NCBI GenBank assembly: GCA_963827635.1
Contig: CAWHBV010000009.1
Location: forward strand, 394,548 to 458,547
DNA length: 64,000 nt
Direction of reading: 5' to 3'
Source of the DNA: an uncultured bacterium
Lineage (GTDB): Bacteria > Acidobacteriota > Aminicenantia > Aminicenantales > Saccharicenantaceae
A program made the translations under genes and the position numbers. This document shows positions 9,533 to 22,100 of the stretch, one piece after another (the stretch's first letter is position 1; the number at the start of each line of letters is the position of its first letter). The notes beneath the pieces are model-generated. The model was not told where the DNA came from and ran no database searches. It worked only from the letters and a program-made list of their open reading frames with translations.

Positions 9533-11453
9533 ATGCCCGAGAGGACCCTGCCGCAGCTCTTCGAAGAGAGCGTCGCCGCCTTCCCCGGCAACGTCCTCAT
9601 CTGGGAGAAGACCGGGCCGAAGTACGAACCCACCACGTTCGCCGGCATGCGGACCCTCGTCCGCCGCTTCGCCGCCGGCCTTCTGGACCTCGGCCTCGGT
9701 CACGGGGACCGGGCCGCCCTGATCTCCGAGGGCCGCCGGGACTGGATCGTGGCCGAGCTCGGCATCCTCACCACGGGCGCGGTCAATGTCCCCATCTCGG
9801 TCAAAGTGGACGAGCTCGGCGACCTCAAGTTCCGGCTGGCCCACTCCGGCTGCCGGATGGCCGTCGTCTCGAAGTCCCAGCTGGGCAAGGTCCGCCAGGT
9901 CAGGAACGACCTGCCCGATCTGGCCCTGACGGTCGTCCTGGACGACGTCGAGTCGCCGGCCGGCGACGAGATCGCCGCGTCCGAAGTGTTCCGCCGGGGC
10001 GACGCCTTCCTCGCGACCCGGGCCGCGGAGCTCGAGGCGGCCCGGCTCGCCGTCCGGGAGGGCGATCCCGCCAACATCTGCTACACCTCGGGCACGACCG
10101 CCGACCCCAAGGGCATCGTCCTGACCCACCGGAACTACACGGCCAACATCGAGCAGTCCAAGGCCCTGGTCGACTGTCCCGAGCACTACGTGTCCCTCCT
10201 GATCCTGCCCTGGGACCACAGCTTCTGCCACACCTGCGGCATCTATTCGATGATGAAGAGCGGCGCGGCCATGGCCTCGATCGAGCTCGGCCGGACGCTC
10301 ATGGAGACGCTCCGGAACATCCCCGGGAACATCCGCGAGGTCCGCCCCCATCTCCTCCTGAGCGTGCCCTCGCTGGCCAAGAACTTCCGCAAGAGCATCG
10401 AAAAAGGCGTCCGCGACAAGGGGCCTCTGGCCCAAGCCCTGTTCAAGCGGGCCCTGGCCCTGGCCGTCGATTACAACGCCGAAGGCTGGAACAGGGGGCA
10501 GGGACTGAAGAAGCTGAAAAAACCCCTCCTGGCCCTCTACGACAAGCTGCTCTTCGCCAAGATCCGGGAGAATTTCGGGGGCCGGCTCGAAGTTCTTCGT
10601 CGGAGGCGGGGCCCTGCTCGACATCGAGATGCAGCGTTTCTTCTATGCCCTCGGCATGCCCATGTTCCAGGGCTACGGCCTGAGCGAGGCCGCCCCCGTC
10701 ATCTCGGCCAACAGTCTCCGGGCCCACAAGCTCGGCTCCTCGGGCCCGGTCGCTCCGGGGATCGATCTCCGCATCTGCGACGAGCACGGCGCCGAGCTCC
10801 CGGCCGGCCGGACCGGCGAGATCGTCGTCCGGGGCGAGAACGTCATGGCCGGCTACTGGAAGAACGAGAAGGCGACCCGCGAAACGGTCCGCGACGGCTG
10901 GCTCTACACGGGCGACCTCGGCTACCTCGACGCCGACGGCTTCCTCTACGTCCTCGGCCGGATGAAGAGCCTGCTCATCGCGGGCGACGGCGAGAAGTAC
11001 AGCCCCGAGGCCATCGAGGAGACGATCGGCGAGGCTTCGCCGTACATCGAGCAGATCATGCTCTACAACGACCAGTCGCCGTTCACGGTCGCCCTGCTCG
11101 TGCCCAACAAGGAAGCTCTGCTGGCCTGGCTCAAGGACAAGGGCCTCGGCCCCAAGACGCCCGAGGGCCAGGAGGCCGCCCTCCGCCTGCTCGAGAGGGA
11201 GATCGGGGCTTACCGCGAGGGCGGCCGGCACGCCGGGATGTTCCCGGCCCGCTGGCTACCGGCCGCGGTCGCGGTCCTCGGCGAGGGATTCACGGAACAG
11301 AACCATTTCCTCAACTCGTCGATGAAGATGGTCCGGGGCCGCATCACCGATTTCTACCGCAACCGCCTCGACTACCTGTTCACGCCCGAGGCCAAGGACA
11401 TCGTCAATCCCCCGAACCGGACGATCGTCGCCCGCCTCGGCGACGCGGTTTGA
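9533..11453 (+). CDS. fadD: Long-chain fatty acid--CoA ligase (AMP-dependent synthetase), frameshift near 10590
   Basis: ICYTSGTTADPKG, QGYGLSE, GEIVVRGENVMAGYW, DGWLYTGDLG; ORFs 9473..11461 and 10629..11453. Confidence 0.88.
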
Positions 11454-11518
11454 CGCATTGACAATCCGGCGACATTTGGGATATTTACAATCCTTTATCT
11501 AATGAGGAGATTCCCGAC

Positions 11519-12777
11519 ATGACGAAGACGGCACGACCCCTCGGCATCGGCATCATCGGCGGCGGCTTCATCGCCCGCTTCCACATCAGGTCCTGGGTGG
11601 GCGTCCGCGACGCCGACATCCTGGGCGTCTTCGATCCGGACGCGAAGCGGGCCCGCGAGGCCTGCGCGCTGGCCCGGTCGCTCGGCGTCGGCGAAGCCGA
11701 GCCCTTCGCCTCGATCACGGAGATGGCCGCCGACCCGCGCATCGGGGCCCTGTGGATCTGCGCCCCGAACTTCACCCGGGGCGAGGTCATGGAGGAGATC
11801 GCCCACGCCGTCATCAAGGGCCAGGCCGAGCTCACGGGAGTGGCCTGCGAGAAGCCCCTCGGCCGCAACGCCCGCGAGGCCCGCAGGATGCTCGAACTGG
11901 TCCGCAAGGCCGGGCTCCTCGACGGCTACCTCGAGAACCAGGTCTTTTCCCCGGCCGTCGTCCGGGGCAAGGAGATCGTCTGGGCCCGGGGCGCGGCCCT
12001 CTCCGGCCCCCCCTATCTGGCCCGGGCCTCCGAGGAGCACAGCGGGCCGCACATGCCCTGGTTCTGGGAGGGCACGCTCCAGGGCGGCGGCGTCCTCAAC
12101 GACATGATGTGCCACTCCGTCGAGGAAGCCCGCTACATGCTCACCGCCTCCCGGCGCCCCGCGCGAGGTCCTGACCCCGGTCTCGGTCACGGCCTACACC
12201 AACTGCCTCAAGTGGCAGGAGCCCAAGTACGCCGCGATCCTGGCGAAGAACAGCGGCGGCAAGACCGACTACCTGACGCGGCCGTCCGAGGACTTCGCCC
12301 GCTCGCTCGTCGAGTACAAGGACGAGCTCCGGAAAGACCCTCGTCGTCGAAACGACGACGAGCTGGTGCTACGTCGGCGCGGGCCTGCGCCTGAGCATGG
12401 AGCTGCTCGGCCCCGAATACGCCCTTCAGATCAACACGCTGGACGCGGGCCTCAAGGTCTTCTTCAGCCGCGCGGTCCGCGGCAAGGCCGGCGAGGACCT
12501 GGTCGAGAAGCAGAACGCCGAGATCGGGCTGATGCCCGTCGTCCCGGACGAAGCCGGCGAATACGGCTACACGGCCGAGAACCGGCACATGGTCCGCTCC
12601 TTCCTCGAGGGCGTCCGGCCCGAGGAGAACTTCTCCGACGGCGTCGCCGTGGCCGAGCTGCTCATGGCCGCCTACCGGAGCGCCGAGCTCGGCAAGACCA
12701 TCCCCTTCCCCTTCAAGGGCCTCGAGAGCTACGTCCCGCCGGTGGCCCAGGGGAAGTGGAACCCGAAATCCAAGTGA
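11519..12777 (+). CDS. Gfo/Idh/MocA family NAD(P)-dependent oxidoreductase, frameshifted
   Basis: GIGIIGGGFIARFH, ACEKPLG, GGGVLNDMMCH; C-terminus in ORF 12397..12777; TTGACA box at 11458. Confidence 0.88.
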
Positions 12778-12793
12778 GAGACCAGGAGGTCCC

Positions 12794-14264
12794 ATGAAAC
12801 GCACGATCGCCGTCCTCGCCCTGATCGTCGTCGCCGCCGCGGCCGCCGGGCCGGCCTGTCCAGGCCGCCCCGCAGATCCGGCACATCTCCCCCGAGCTCC
12901 AGAAAGCGGTGGCGGAGACCGACTACGGGAGCGTCCGCATCAAGAGCTTCCCCTTCGCCTCCGAGGCCTGGACCTTCCGCAAGTTCACGTTCGTCGAGAC
13001 CCTGGCCAAGCTCAAGGAGCTCGGCGTCGCCGCGGTCGAGGCCTTCCCCGGCCAGGCCCTGGCGGCCGAGTTCCCCGGCGCCCGTTTCGACGAGGCCATG
13101 ACCGACGAGCAGGTCGCCTTCGCCAAGGAAGCCCTGAAAGCGAGCGGCGTCACGCTCTACGGCTACGGCGTCGTCGACATCGGCACGACCGAGGCGAGCA
13201 TGCGCAAGGTCTTCGATTTCGCCCGCAAGATGGGCATCCGGATCATCGTCTGCGAGCCGGCCGACGACGACTTCACGCTGCTCGAGAAGCTGGTCCGGGA
13301 ATACAACATCAAGATCGCCATTCACAACCATCCCGCGCCCTCGAAGTACAACCTGCCCGAGACCGTCTTCAGCCACGTCGACGGCCGGGACCCCCGCATC
13401 GGCTCCTGCGCCGACAGCGGGCACTGGATGCGCGGCCTGAACGATCCGCGGGAGGCCTTCAAGCTGCTCCGGGGCCGCATTCTCGACGTCCACCTCAAGG
13501 ACCGCAGCGATTTCGGCACGGCCAAGGGCGTCGACGACGTCGCCTGGGGCTCCGGCAAGGGCCGCATCCGCGACCTGCTGGCCGAGCTGACGCTCCAGGA
13601 CTACGACGGCTACCTGACGATGGAGTACGAGAACGAGTCCGAGGTCGGCGATCCCATGCCGGCCTTCCGCAAGAGCATGGCCTACGTCAAGAGCGTCACC
13701 TACTACGACGGCTGGACCCAGATCCTCCGGCGCGGCGGGAGCGGCTACGAGAAGCACGGCTGGAACCATTACGGCCCGGGTCACTTCGAGTGCGATCCGA
13801 AGACGGGCGTCCTCAAGGGCCAGGGCGGCATGGGCCTGCTCTGGTACGGCCGGAAGCTCAAGGACTTCGTCTTCGAGTGCGAGTTCAAGTGCTCGACCCC
13901 GACGACGAACTCCGGCATCTTCCTCCGCGTGCCCTCCGTCCCCGTGAGCGACGAGTACATCTACCACGCCATCGAGATCCAGATCGACGACACGTCGACG
14001 GGCATCCACCACACCGGGGCCGCCTACGACATCGAAGCGCCCAAGGTCCTGGCCTCCAAGCCGACCGGCGAGTGGAACCATCTCCGGATCGAGTTCAAGG
14101 GCATGCGCCTGAAGGTCGACCTCAACGGCCGGACGGCCCTGGATTGGGAAGCCCGCCCGGGCGGAAAGGTCCGCGACCTTTCCCCCGAAGGCTACATCGG
14201 CCTCCAGAACCACGACAGCCAGTCGCCGCCCTTCTTCCGGAACGTCTATCTCAAGGAGCTGTGA
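12794..14264 (+). CDS. Exported fusion: xylose-isomerase-like TIM barrel plus DUF1080 (3-keto-disaccharide hydrolase) domain, frameshift after the signal peptide
   Basis: Signal MKRTIAVLALIVVAAAA; WTFRKFT, IAIHNH, CADSGHW, DVHLKD, TMEYE (metal TIM barrel); then KDFVFECEFK, NSGIFLR, EIQIDD, GEWNHLRI, GYIGLQNHD, FRNVYLKEL (DUF1080). Confidence 0.85.
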
Positions 14265-14301
14265 CCGGCCCCGGAGCGGCGCGTCCCAAGGAGATCCGAA
14301 C

Positions 14302-15631
14302 ATGACAGAGACAAAAAGCCCGCGCAACAAGCTGTTCCTCATGATGGTCATGGAGTTCTTCATCTGGGGGGCCTGGCTGCCGCTCATCTTCGGCTACCTG
14401 CCCAGCCTCGGGTTCACGCCCGTCCAGCAGGCCTGGATCCTGAACGCCTTCCCTCTTTCCGCCATCGTCGGCATGTTCTTCAGCAACCAGTTCGCGGACC
14501 GCCATTTCGCCGCCGAAAAATTCCTCGGGTTCAGCCACCTCGTCGGCGGCCTGGCGATCCTCGGGCTGGGATTCACCCGGCAGTTCTGGCCCTTCTTCCT
14601 CCTGATGCTCGTGCACTGCCTGTTCTACGTCCCGACCATCTCGATCGCCAACTCGATCGCCTTCGCCCACATGAAGGACGCGAAGAAGGAGTTCGGCCTG
14701 GTCCGCATGGGCGGGACCTTCGGCTGGATCCTCGCCGCCTGGCCGTTCACGTTCATCTTCGTGGACTGGGCCCGGGTCAAGGCCGCCGCGCCCAAGGGCT
14801 TGGTCGATTGGCTGGGAACGGCCCTCGCCTCGGGGCTCACGGGCCAGGCGCTGAAGCAGGCGACGCGCTGGACGTTCATCGTGGCCGGCATCGTCTCCCT
14901 CGTCCTGGCCGCCTACAGTCTGCTTCTCCCTCATACGCCCCCGAAGAAGAGAACGGCGGGGACATCGTCCGCGGAACGCTTCGCCTGGCTCGAAGCGGTC
15001 AAGCTGCTCAAGCATCCCTTCGTCCTGATCCTCTGGCTCATCACGTTCGTCGACGCGTTCGTCCACAACCTCTATTTCAACTGGACCGGCACGTTCCTCG
15101 GCACCGGCCCCGAGGCCGGAGGCGTGGGCATCGCCGGCAACTGGATCATGCCCGTCATGAGCCTGGGCCAGGTCTCCGAGATCCTGACCATGCTCGTCCT
15201 GGGCGTGGTGCTGAAGAAATTGGGCTGGCGGTTCACGATGCTGATCGGCATCCTCGGGCACGCCGCCCGGTTCGCCGTCTACGCCTTCTTCCCCTCCCAG
15301 CCGTGGATGATCGTGGCCATCCAGGTCCTGCACGGGATCTGCTACGCCTTCTTCTTCGCCACGGTCTACATCTTCGTGGACACCTATTTCCCCAAGGACG
15401 TCCGCTCCAGCGCCCAGGGATTGTTCAACGTGATGATCCTCGGCCTCGGCGTGCTGGCCGCCAACACGCTGGGCCCGTGGCTGATCCAGTCCGTCTTCAC
15501 CGCGGGCGGCGTGACGGACTTCCGGTCGATGTTCCTGCTCCCCTGCCTGACCGCGCTCGGCAGCCGCGATCGTCCTGGCCGTGGCCTTCAAGCCGCCGGC
15601 CCAGGTCGAGACGGATCAAGGCCGGCTCTGA
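14302..15631 (+). CDS. MFS transporter, nucleoside:H+ symporter (NupG/XapB)-like, frameshift near the 3' end
   Basis: MEFFIWGAWLP, QFADRHFAAEK, FGLVRMGGTFGW, MSLGQVSEIL, LHGICYAFFF, RSSAQGLF. Confidence 0.88.
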
Positions 15632-15725
15632 TCCGACCGGGCGCGCGCGACCCCCGACCGGGGGTGCGGGTCCGTGGATTGTGATAGAATGGACGCGGCA
15701 GAGAGGGAGACAGGCTGAGGCGACG

Positions 15726-17510
15726 ATGAAGATCCGCTATCTCGACGGCAACCGCCTCTACTACGCCTTTCTCGCCGGCGGCCAGGCGGTCATCCGCGAC
15801 CAGTCCTATCTCAACAGGATCAACGTCTTCCCCGTGCCGGACGCCGACACCGGGACCAATCTCGCCTCGACGATGCGGGCGATCGCCGAAAAGGCCCGGC
15901 CCCACCGGTCCGCCACGCCGCCCTGGGCTCCATCGCCGACGCGGCCCTGGTCGGGGCCCGGGGCAATTCCGGCCTGATCTTCGCCCAGTTCCTCTACGGC
16001 CTGAGCCAGGAGGTCCGCGGCGAGCACCGCCTGACGGTCCACCGGTTCGCCGAGAGCGCGCGGCGGGCCGTCCAGCACGCCCGCCGGGCCGTCATGACGC
16101 CCGTCGAGGGCACGATGATCACCGTTCTCCACGACTGGGCCGAAGCTCTCTACGAGCAGCGCCAGAAGATGACCGACTTCGCCGAGCTGCTGGCCTACTC
16201 GCTGCCCGTCGCCGAGAGATCGCTGGCCGACACGCCCAGGAAGCTGGCCGTCCTGGCCCGGGCCGGGGTCGTCGACGCCGGCGCCCGGGGCTTCTTCGAT
16301 TTTCTCCAGGGCGTCGTCGCTTTCATCCGCAAGGGCAGCATCAAGGACATCCGCGCGGCCGAGGCCGCCGACCTGCCCCTGCCCCGGGAAGTCCCGGCGG
16401 CGCGCGCGACGGTGACGAAACGGTACTGTTCGGAAGCCCTGCTCGTCGGCGAGGCGATCGACGTCGCCGCGGTCGAGGCGATCGTCCGCCGGGCCGGGGA
16501 CTCGGCCGTCGTCGCCGGCTCGCCGCGCAAGCTCCGCCTCCACGTCCACACCGACGACGCGGCCGCGGTCTTCTTCGAGCTCCAGAAGCACGGCACGATC
16601 CAGGACATCAAGGCCGACGACATGCTCCGGCAGTACGAGGCCGCCCACGAACGCAAGGCGCGGATCGCCGTCCTCACGGATTCGGCCTGCGACCTGCCCC
16701 GCAGCGTCCTCGACGACCACCAGGTCCACGTCGTGCCCTTCAACCTCTTCTTCGGGGACAGCCTCTTTCTCGACAAGGTGACGATCGAGCCCGACCGGTT
16801 CTACGATCTCCTCCGGACGCGGCGGGACGTGCCCAAGAGCGCCCAGCCGTCCCAGGCGAACGTCCAGCGGGCCCTGGAGTTCCTGGCCGGCCACTACGAG
16901 GCGATCGTCGCCGTGTCGATCTCGGGCGGCCTGACCGGATTCCACGATCAGCTGCTCAAGGCCCGCGAGGCTCTCGGGCTCGACGCTTCGCGCGTGGCCG
17001 TCGTCGATTCCCGGCACCTGTCGGTCTCGGAGGGCTTGATCGTCCTCCGGATCGCCGAGGCGGTCCGGGCGGGGCGGCCGTTCGACGAGATCGCCCGGGA
17101 CGCCGAGAGCTGGGTCGGGCGGACGCGTCTGTGGGTCGACGTGAAGACGCTGAAGTACATGGTCCGCGGCGGCCGGGTCAGCCCGCTCAAGGGCCTTCTG
17201 GCCGCGGCGCTCAACATCAAGCCCATCGTCACGCTGGACTCCGCGGGCAAAGCGGCCATCCTGGGCAAGTCCTTCAGCCGCGGGGCCAACATGAAGAAGA
17301 TCCTCGGCCTCATCCGCGCGGCGACGGCCGGCCGGCCCGTTTGGAACTACGGCCTCGTCCACGCCCAGAACCCCTTCCGGGCCCTGCGCTACGCCGAAGC
17401 CCTCGAGGCGATGCTGGGGAAGAAGGCCGCTTTCATCTCCGACAGTCTCGCCCGTCGTGGGGGCCCACAACGGCATCGGCGTCGTCGGGGTCGCCCTGAC
17501 CTTCGAATAG
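15726..17510 (+). CDS. DAK2 (FakA-like)-DegV (FakB-like) fusion protein, frameshifted
   Basis: LNRINVFPVPDADTGTNL, GARGNSG, PVEGTMITV, VVDAGARG, LHVHTD, then IAVLTDSACDLP, PKSAQPS, SISGGLTG, LKYMVRGGRV, LNIKPI. Confidence 0.9.
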
Positions 17511-17537
17511 CCCATCGCCGCGCGGATCGGCGCGGAG

Positions 17538-18332
17538 ATGAGGAGGCCGATCATGACCGGATTCGTGAACGCCTGGGCCGCCTGCGCGGTCCTGGTCGCG
17601 CTCTACATGACGGCCTGGTTCGCCCTGGCCCTGGTCAGGAAGGACAATTCCATAGCCGACATCGCCTGGGGCCTCGGATTCGTGCTCGTCGCCGTCTTCA
17701 CGTTCTTCCGGAGAGGCTCGCTCTTCCTGCCCCTCCTCGTCACGGCGCTCGTCGTCGCCTGGGGCGCGCGGCTCGCCCTCCACATCCTCGCCCGGAACAG
17801 AAAGCGCGGCGAGGACCCCCGCTACGCCGCCTGGCGCGAAAAGTGGGGCCGTTCGTTCGTGTGGCGGAGCTACCTCCAGGTCTTCCTGCTCCAGGGCTTC
17901 TTCCTGCTCGTCATCGTCTCACCCGTCATCCTCGTCAACGTCGACCGGAGCTACCCGTACGCGAGCCGGTTCTGGCCGGCCGGCCTCATCGTCTGGGTCC
18001 TGGGGTTTCTCTTCGAAGCCGTCGGGGACGCCCAACTGGCCCGCTTCAGGCGCGATCCGGCGAACAAGGGCCGCATCATGGACCGCGGGCTCTGGAAGTA
18101 CACCCGGCACCCGAACTACTTCGGCGAATCGATGATGTGGTTCGGGATATGGCTCATCGCCCTGGAAGTGCCTTACGGCTGGACGACGGTCGTCAGCCCG
18201 GTCCTCATCACTTTCCTGCTGGTCAAGGTTTCGGGCATCCCGCTGCTCGAGAAACGGTACGCCGGGAACGCCGCCTTCCAGGCATACGCCCGCCGCACGA
18301 GCGCCTTCGTCCCCTGGTTCCCGAAAAAATAA
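17538..18332 (+). CDS. DUF1295 / steroid 5-alpha-reductase-like membrane protein
   Basis: NSIADIAWG, EDPRY, EAVGDAQL, GLWKYTRHPNYFGE, VSGIPLLE. Confidence 0.9.
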   Translation: MRRPIMTGFVNAWAACAVLVALYMTAWFALALVRKDNSIADIAWGLGFVLVAVFTFFRRGSLFLPLLVTALVVAWGARLALHILARNRKRGEDPRYAAWREKWGRSFVWRSYLQVFLLQGFFLLVIVSPVILVNVDRSYPYASRFWPAGLIVWVLGFLFEAVGDAQLARFRRDPANKGRIMDRGLWKYTRHPNYFGESMMWFGIWLIALEVPYGWTTVVSPVLITFLLVKVSGIPLLEKRYAGNAAFQAYARRTSAFVPWFPKK

Positions 18333-18343
18333 GGGGACGCCCG

Positions 18344-19089
18344 TCAAAAGCTCAGGGTCAGGCCGGCGAAGGCGTAATTGACCAGGGCGAAGGTGTAGAC
18401 CTCGTCGTTGTCGGCGCCGCCCTCGAGGAGGCGATAGCCCGCTCTCAGCCGGAGCGACTTCGACAGGTCCGCCCAGACGGAGAGCGCGACGTCCTCGGCC
18501 CGCCCCTGCGGCGCGGCCAGGGCGTCGCCGTCGAAGAGCAATCCCCAACCCGCGCCGAGCCGCCAAAGCAGACGGAAGTTGACGAGCGGCACGACGCCCA
18601 GGTCGGTCTTCTCCGCGCTTTGCCCGGCGTTCTCCAGACGGATGAGGGCGTCGCGGACCTTGACGGTCAGTCCGAGCCCGAACTCGACAGCGGGGCCGGC
18701 GCACGAGGCTGTAACGCCAGGTCAGGCGGTAGGAGTTGAAGACGTAGGTCCCCTGGATCTCCTGGCCGGCCGGAAAGACCCTGTCGACGAAATGGATGTC
18801 CCGGTCCAGGGTCCCCACCGACGGAAAGCGGAGCGGGGCGTAGAGGACGGACAGGGTGTGGCGGGGATGGAACTGCCAGCTGAGACGCAGGCGTCCGAAA
18901 GCCCGCGTTTCCGGCCTGAGGTCGCGCCGCAGGGACAGGAGGGTGCCGGTGTCGCCGGGGATGCGGACGTCGTTGTACCCGCTCCAGGCGATTCCGCCCT
19001 CGGCGTCCAGGCTCCATTGGGCCACGGCGGGCGCGGCCAGGACCAGGATGAACAGAATCGATCGGGACCGCCGCTTTGGCTTTGCTCAT
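18344..19089 (-). CDS. Putative outer-membrane beta-barrel protein, frameshifted
   Basis: Signal-like N-terminus, GYNDVRIPGDTGT, YVFNSYRLTWRY, GYRLLEGGADNDEVYTFA, C-terminal aromatic LTLSF. Confidence 0.65.
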
Positions 19090-19135
19090 CTCGTTCCTCC
19101 CCTTCTCCGTTTCATGAAAACAGAAACCCGAGTTC

Positions 19136-19175
19136 AAAAAGAGGGCGGGAACGCCTGCCGGACGTTCCCGCCCTC
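19136..19175 (-). terminator. Rho-independent terminator of the Omp85-fusion gene
   Basis: 13-bp stem GAGGGCGGGAACG/CGTTCCCGCCCTC followed by TTTTT on the minus strand. Confidence 0.8.
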
Positions 19176-19189
19176 ACGATCGTCTTCGC

Positions 19190-22100
19190 TTAGAAACCGG
19201 GACTGATGCTCACCTGGAAATGCCAGCCGCGGACCGGCCTGTCCATCGGGTAGACGTAGTTGAGCCCGAGGATCAGGTAGCCGAAGAGGTTGGTCCTCAG
19301 GCCGATGCCGTAGCTGCGCAGGGGCTTGCGCTCGCCGCCGGAGACGAACCAGGGCTTGACCTTGCCGGGGACGGGATTCCCCTCCTCGTCGTAGCCGCCC
19401 CACCAGTAGCCGGGATTCGAGGCGTAGGTCAGGCCCCAGTCGAAAAAGCCGTAGAACTCGAGCGGCCAGGCGCCGTAGTAGCCTTTGCCGAGCCCCAGGA
19501 GGCCGAGCAGCGGGAAGCGCAGCTCGACGTTGGCCAGCATCATCTTGCTGCCGTAGAGGCGGCGTGAAGTCGAAGGCGCTCGAGGGATCGGCGTCGTAAG
19601 CGGTCAGCTCCTCGTTGCTGTAGGATTCGTAGCCCCGGACGAGGTCCCAGTAGGCGATGTAGAGAGGGTAGAACCGCTGGTCCTCGGAGTCCTTGCCGTA
19701 ACGGCCGAGGTGCATGGCCCGGAAGGCCAGGGTGAACGGCCGGATGGGCATGACGTATTTCCGGAAATCGATGTTCACGGTGTTGAAGGTCATCTTGCCG
19801 ATGGCCGGGCTGATCGAGACGCCGAAGTTCTGGCCCAGGATGGGGCTCGTCGCGCCGAACATCCCCGTGTCGTAGAAATACCCGGCGGTGAGGTAGGCGT
19901 AGTTCATGCTCGGGGGCGTGTCCCCGGGCTTGTATTTCTGGTAATCGAGCAGGTAGCCGTTGAGGTCGTAGATGCGCTGGTAGACGGTGTGGTTGAATTC
20001 CTGGATCCGGTAGCCGCCGCTGAGCTGGAAGCGGCTGACCTGGCTCAACGGGTACTGGCCGAAGACGGACACGTCGTAGTTGATCAGCCGGTAGACGTCC
20101 TCGACCTCGTAGATGAGGTCGCCGTCCTGGTAGAAGGAATAATAAGGATAGGGATAGACCAGGCGCTGGGCCGCCGCGCCCCAGTTGAAGCGGGACTTGT
20201 TGTTGAGGTAGGCCAGGACGCCGGACGTGTCGATGAGCCGCGAGCCCGTGAAGGCGGTGGTGACGACGGTGTGGTAGCCCAGCATGTCGCTCCAATAGGC
20301 CGAGAGCCCGCCCGCGCCGTAGGTGCCGTAGCGGTCGACGCCGACGGCGATGTTGGGCGGCGAGACGTAGTCCAGGCCCAGCTTGGGCTTGTAGTCGGCG
20401 ATCGTGAAGTTCTGGTCCTTGGGCAGGCCGAAGAGCGGGTTCTTCAGGAGGCCGAGCAGGGAACCCTCGGGCTCGGTGCGGGGGGCCAGGATGCCGGGGT
20501 CGCGCTCGAACTGGGCCAGGAAGGACTGTCCTTCGAGGGTCGCCGGATCGTCGAGGGCGTAGACCGTATAGTAGCTGTCGAGATAGCCGGAGAAGACGAG
20601 GCGGCCCGTCTCCTGGGCGACGGAGATGGACGGGCTGAGCTCGGTGATGCCCGCGACGCCCGTGTACAGGTTGGTCACCTGGGTGATCTTGGCCGAGGCG
20701 ACGTCGATCCGGTAGATGTCGGTCTTGCCGCTCTGGTCGGAGAGGAAGTAGAGGGCCCGGGAGTCCGGGGTCCACTGGGGGTTGATGTTCTTGCCGTTGG
20801 GGAAGGCCAGCAGCTTCTGGATGCGCCCCGATTCCACGTCGAGGAGGGCCAGCTCGTAATTGCCGACGTCGACCCATTCCATGTTGGTCGAGAACCGCTC
20901 GGTGACGAAGGCGATGGTCTTGCCGTCGGGCGACCAGGCGGGCTGGAGGTCGCCGAACACGTCCCGGGTCATCTGCTTGAGCACGTTGTCGCGAAGGTCG
21001 TAGATGAAGATGTCCGAGACGCCGCCGGCCAGGCCGCAGAACGTGACGTAGCGGCCGTCCGGCGAGAAGGCCGGGCTGAGGATCTCGGCCAGCTCCCGGA
21101 AGGGGATCTCCCGGTCGATCTTGCCGCTCTTCGCCTCGACGATGGTCAGCCCGGGCCGGCCCTTGGAGACGCTGCCGAAGACGAACTTCTCCCCCGTCGC
21201 GTCCCAGGATCCGGCCGACTTGATGAACTGGATGCTCTCGAAGTGGGGATCGATCGCGGTCGAGACGATCTTCTTCCGGATCTTGCCCGTGTCGGCGTCG
21301 GCGAGAAAGAGGTCGATCGAGAACAGGTCCCGCGTCGAGAGGAAGATGATGGACTTCCCGTCGGGACTGATGGTCGGGGCGATGTTGTAGGGATTGGACT
21401 CGGCGCCTTTGAACAGGGCCTTGGCGAACTTGTCCACGGGCTGGGTCTTCTCCAGGACGGGCCCGTAGGCGTCCTGCATCGACTTGTGCCAGTCGGCCGA
21501 GAGCTGCTTCAGCTTGATGCCCAGCACGCTCTCGAGGATGATCTCGTAATCGCCGGCCCGGCCGACGGATTTCATCGCCTTGCCGATGACCTCGTCGCCC
21601 CAGCGGCCGGTGATGTAGGCCCAGACGGCCTGGCCCCAGCGGTAGGGGAAGAACTTGTAGGAGTTGTCGAGCTTCTTGAGCGGAGGCAGCTGCTTGCGCC
21701 GGACGGCATCGCGCATCCACATCGAGGTGTTCGGATCGACGGGACCGATCGACAGATACTCGGCCATGCCCTCGATGAACCACAGCGGGATGCGCAGGGC
21801 GGCGTCGTTGCCCCGGGCCTGATCGGAGTGGCCCATGGGCCATGATGTCGTACTGGAAGGCGTGGACGAGCTCGTGGCCGATGACGTGGTCGGTCTCGGA
21901 CAGAGACGCCCCGTAGGGCAGGACGATGCGGCGCTTGAACGACTCGGTGAAGCCGCCCGTGCCCTCGCCGAGGACCTCCTGGGTGACCGTCGTCTGCTGG
22001 AACTCGGGGCTGCTGCCGTAGAGGATGAGGGGCTGGCGGCCCTTGAGCTCGTGATTGAACATCCGGGACAGGCGGGCGTACCAGCGCTCGGCCATGAGAC

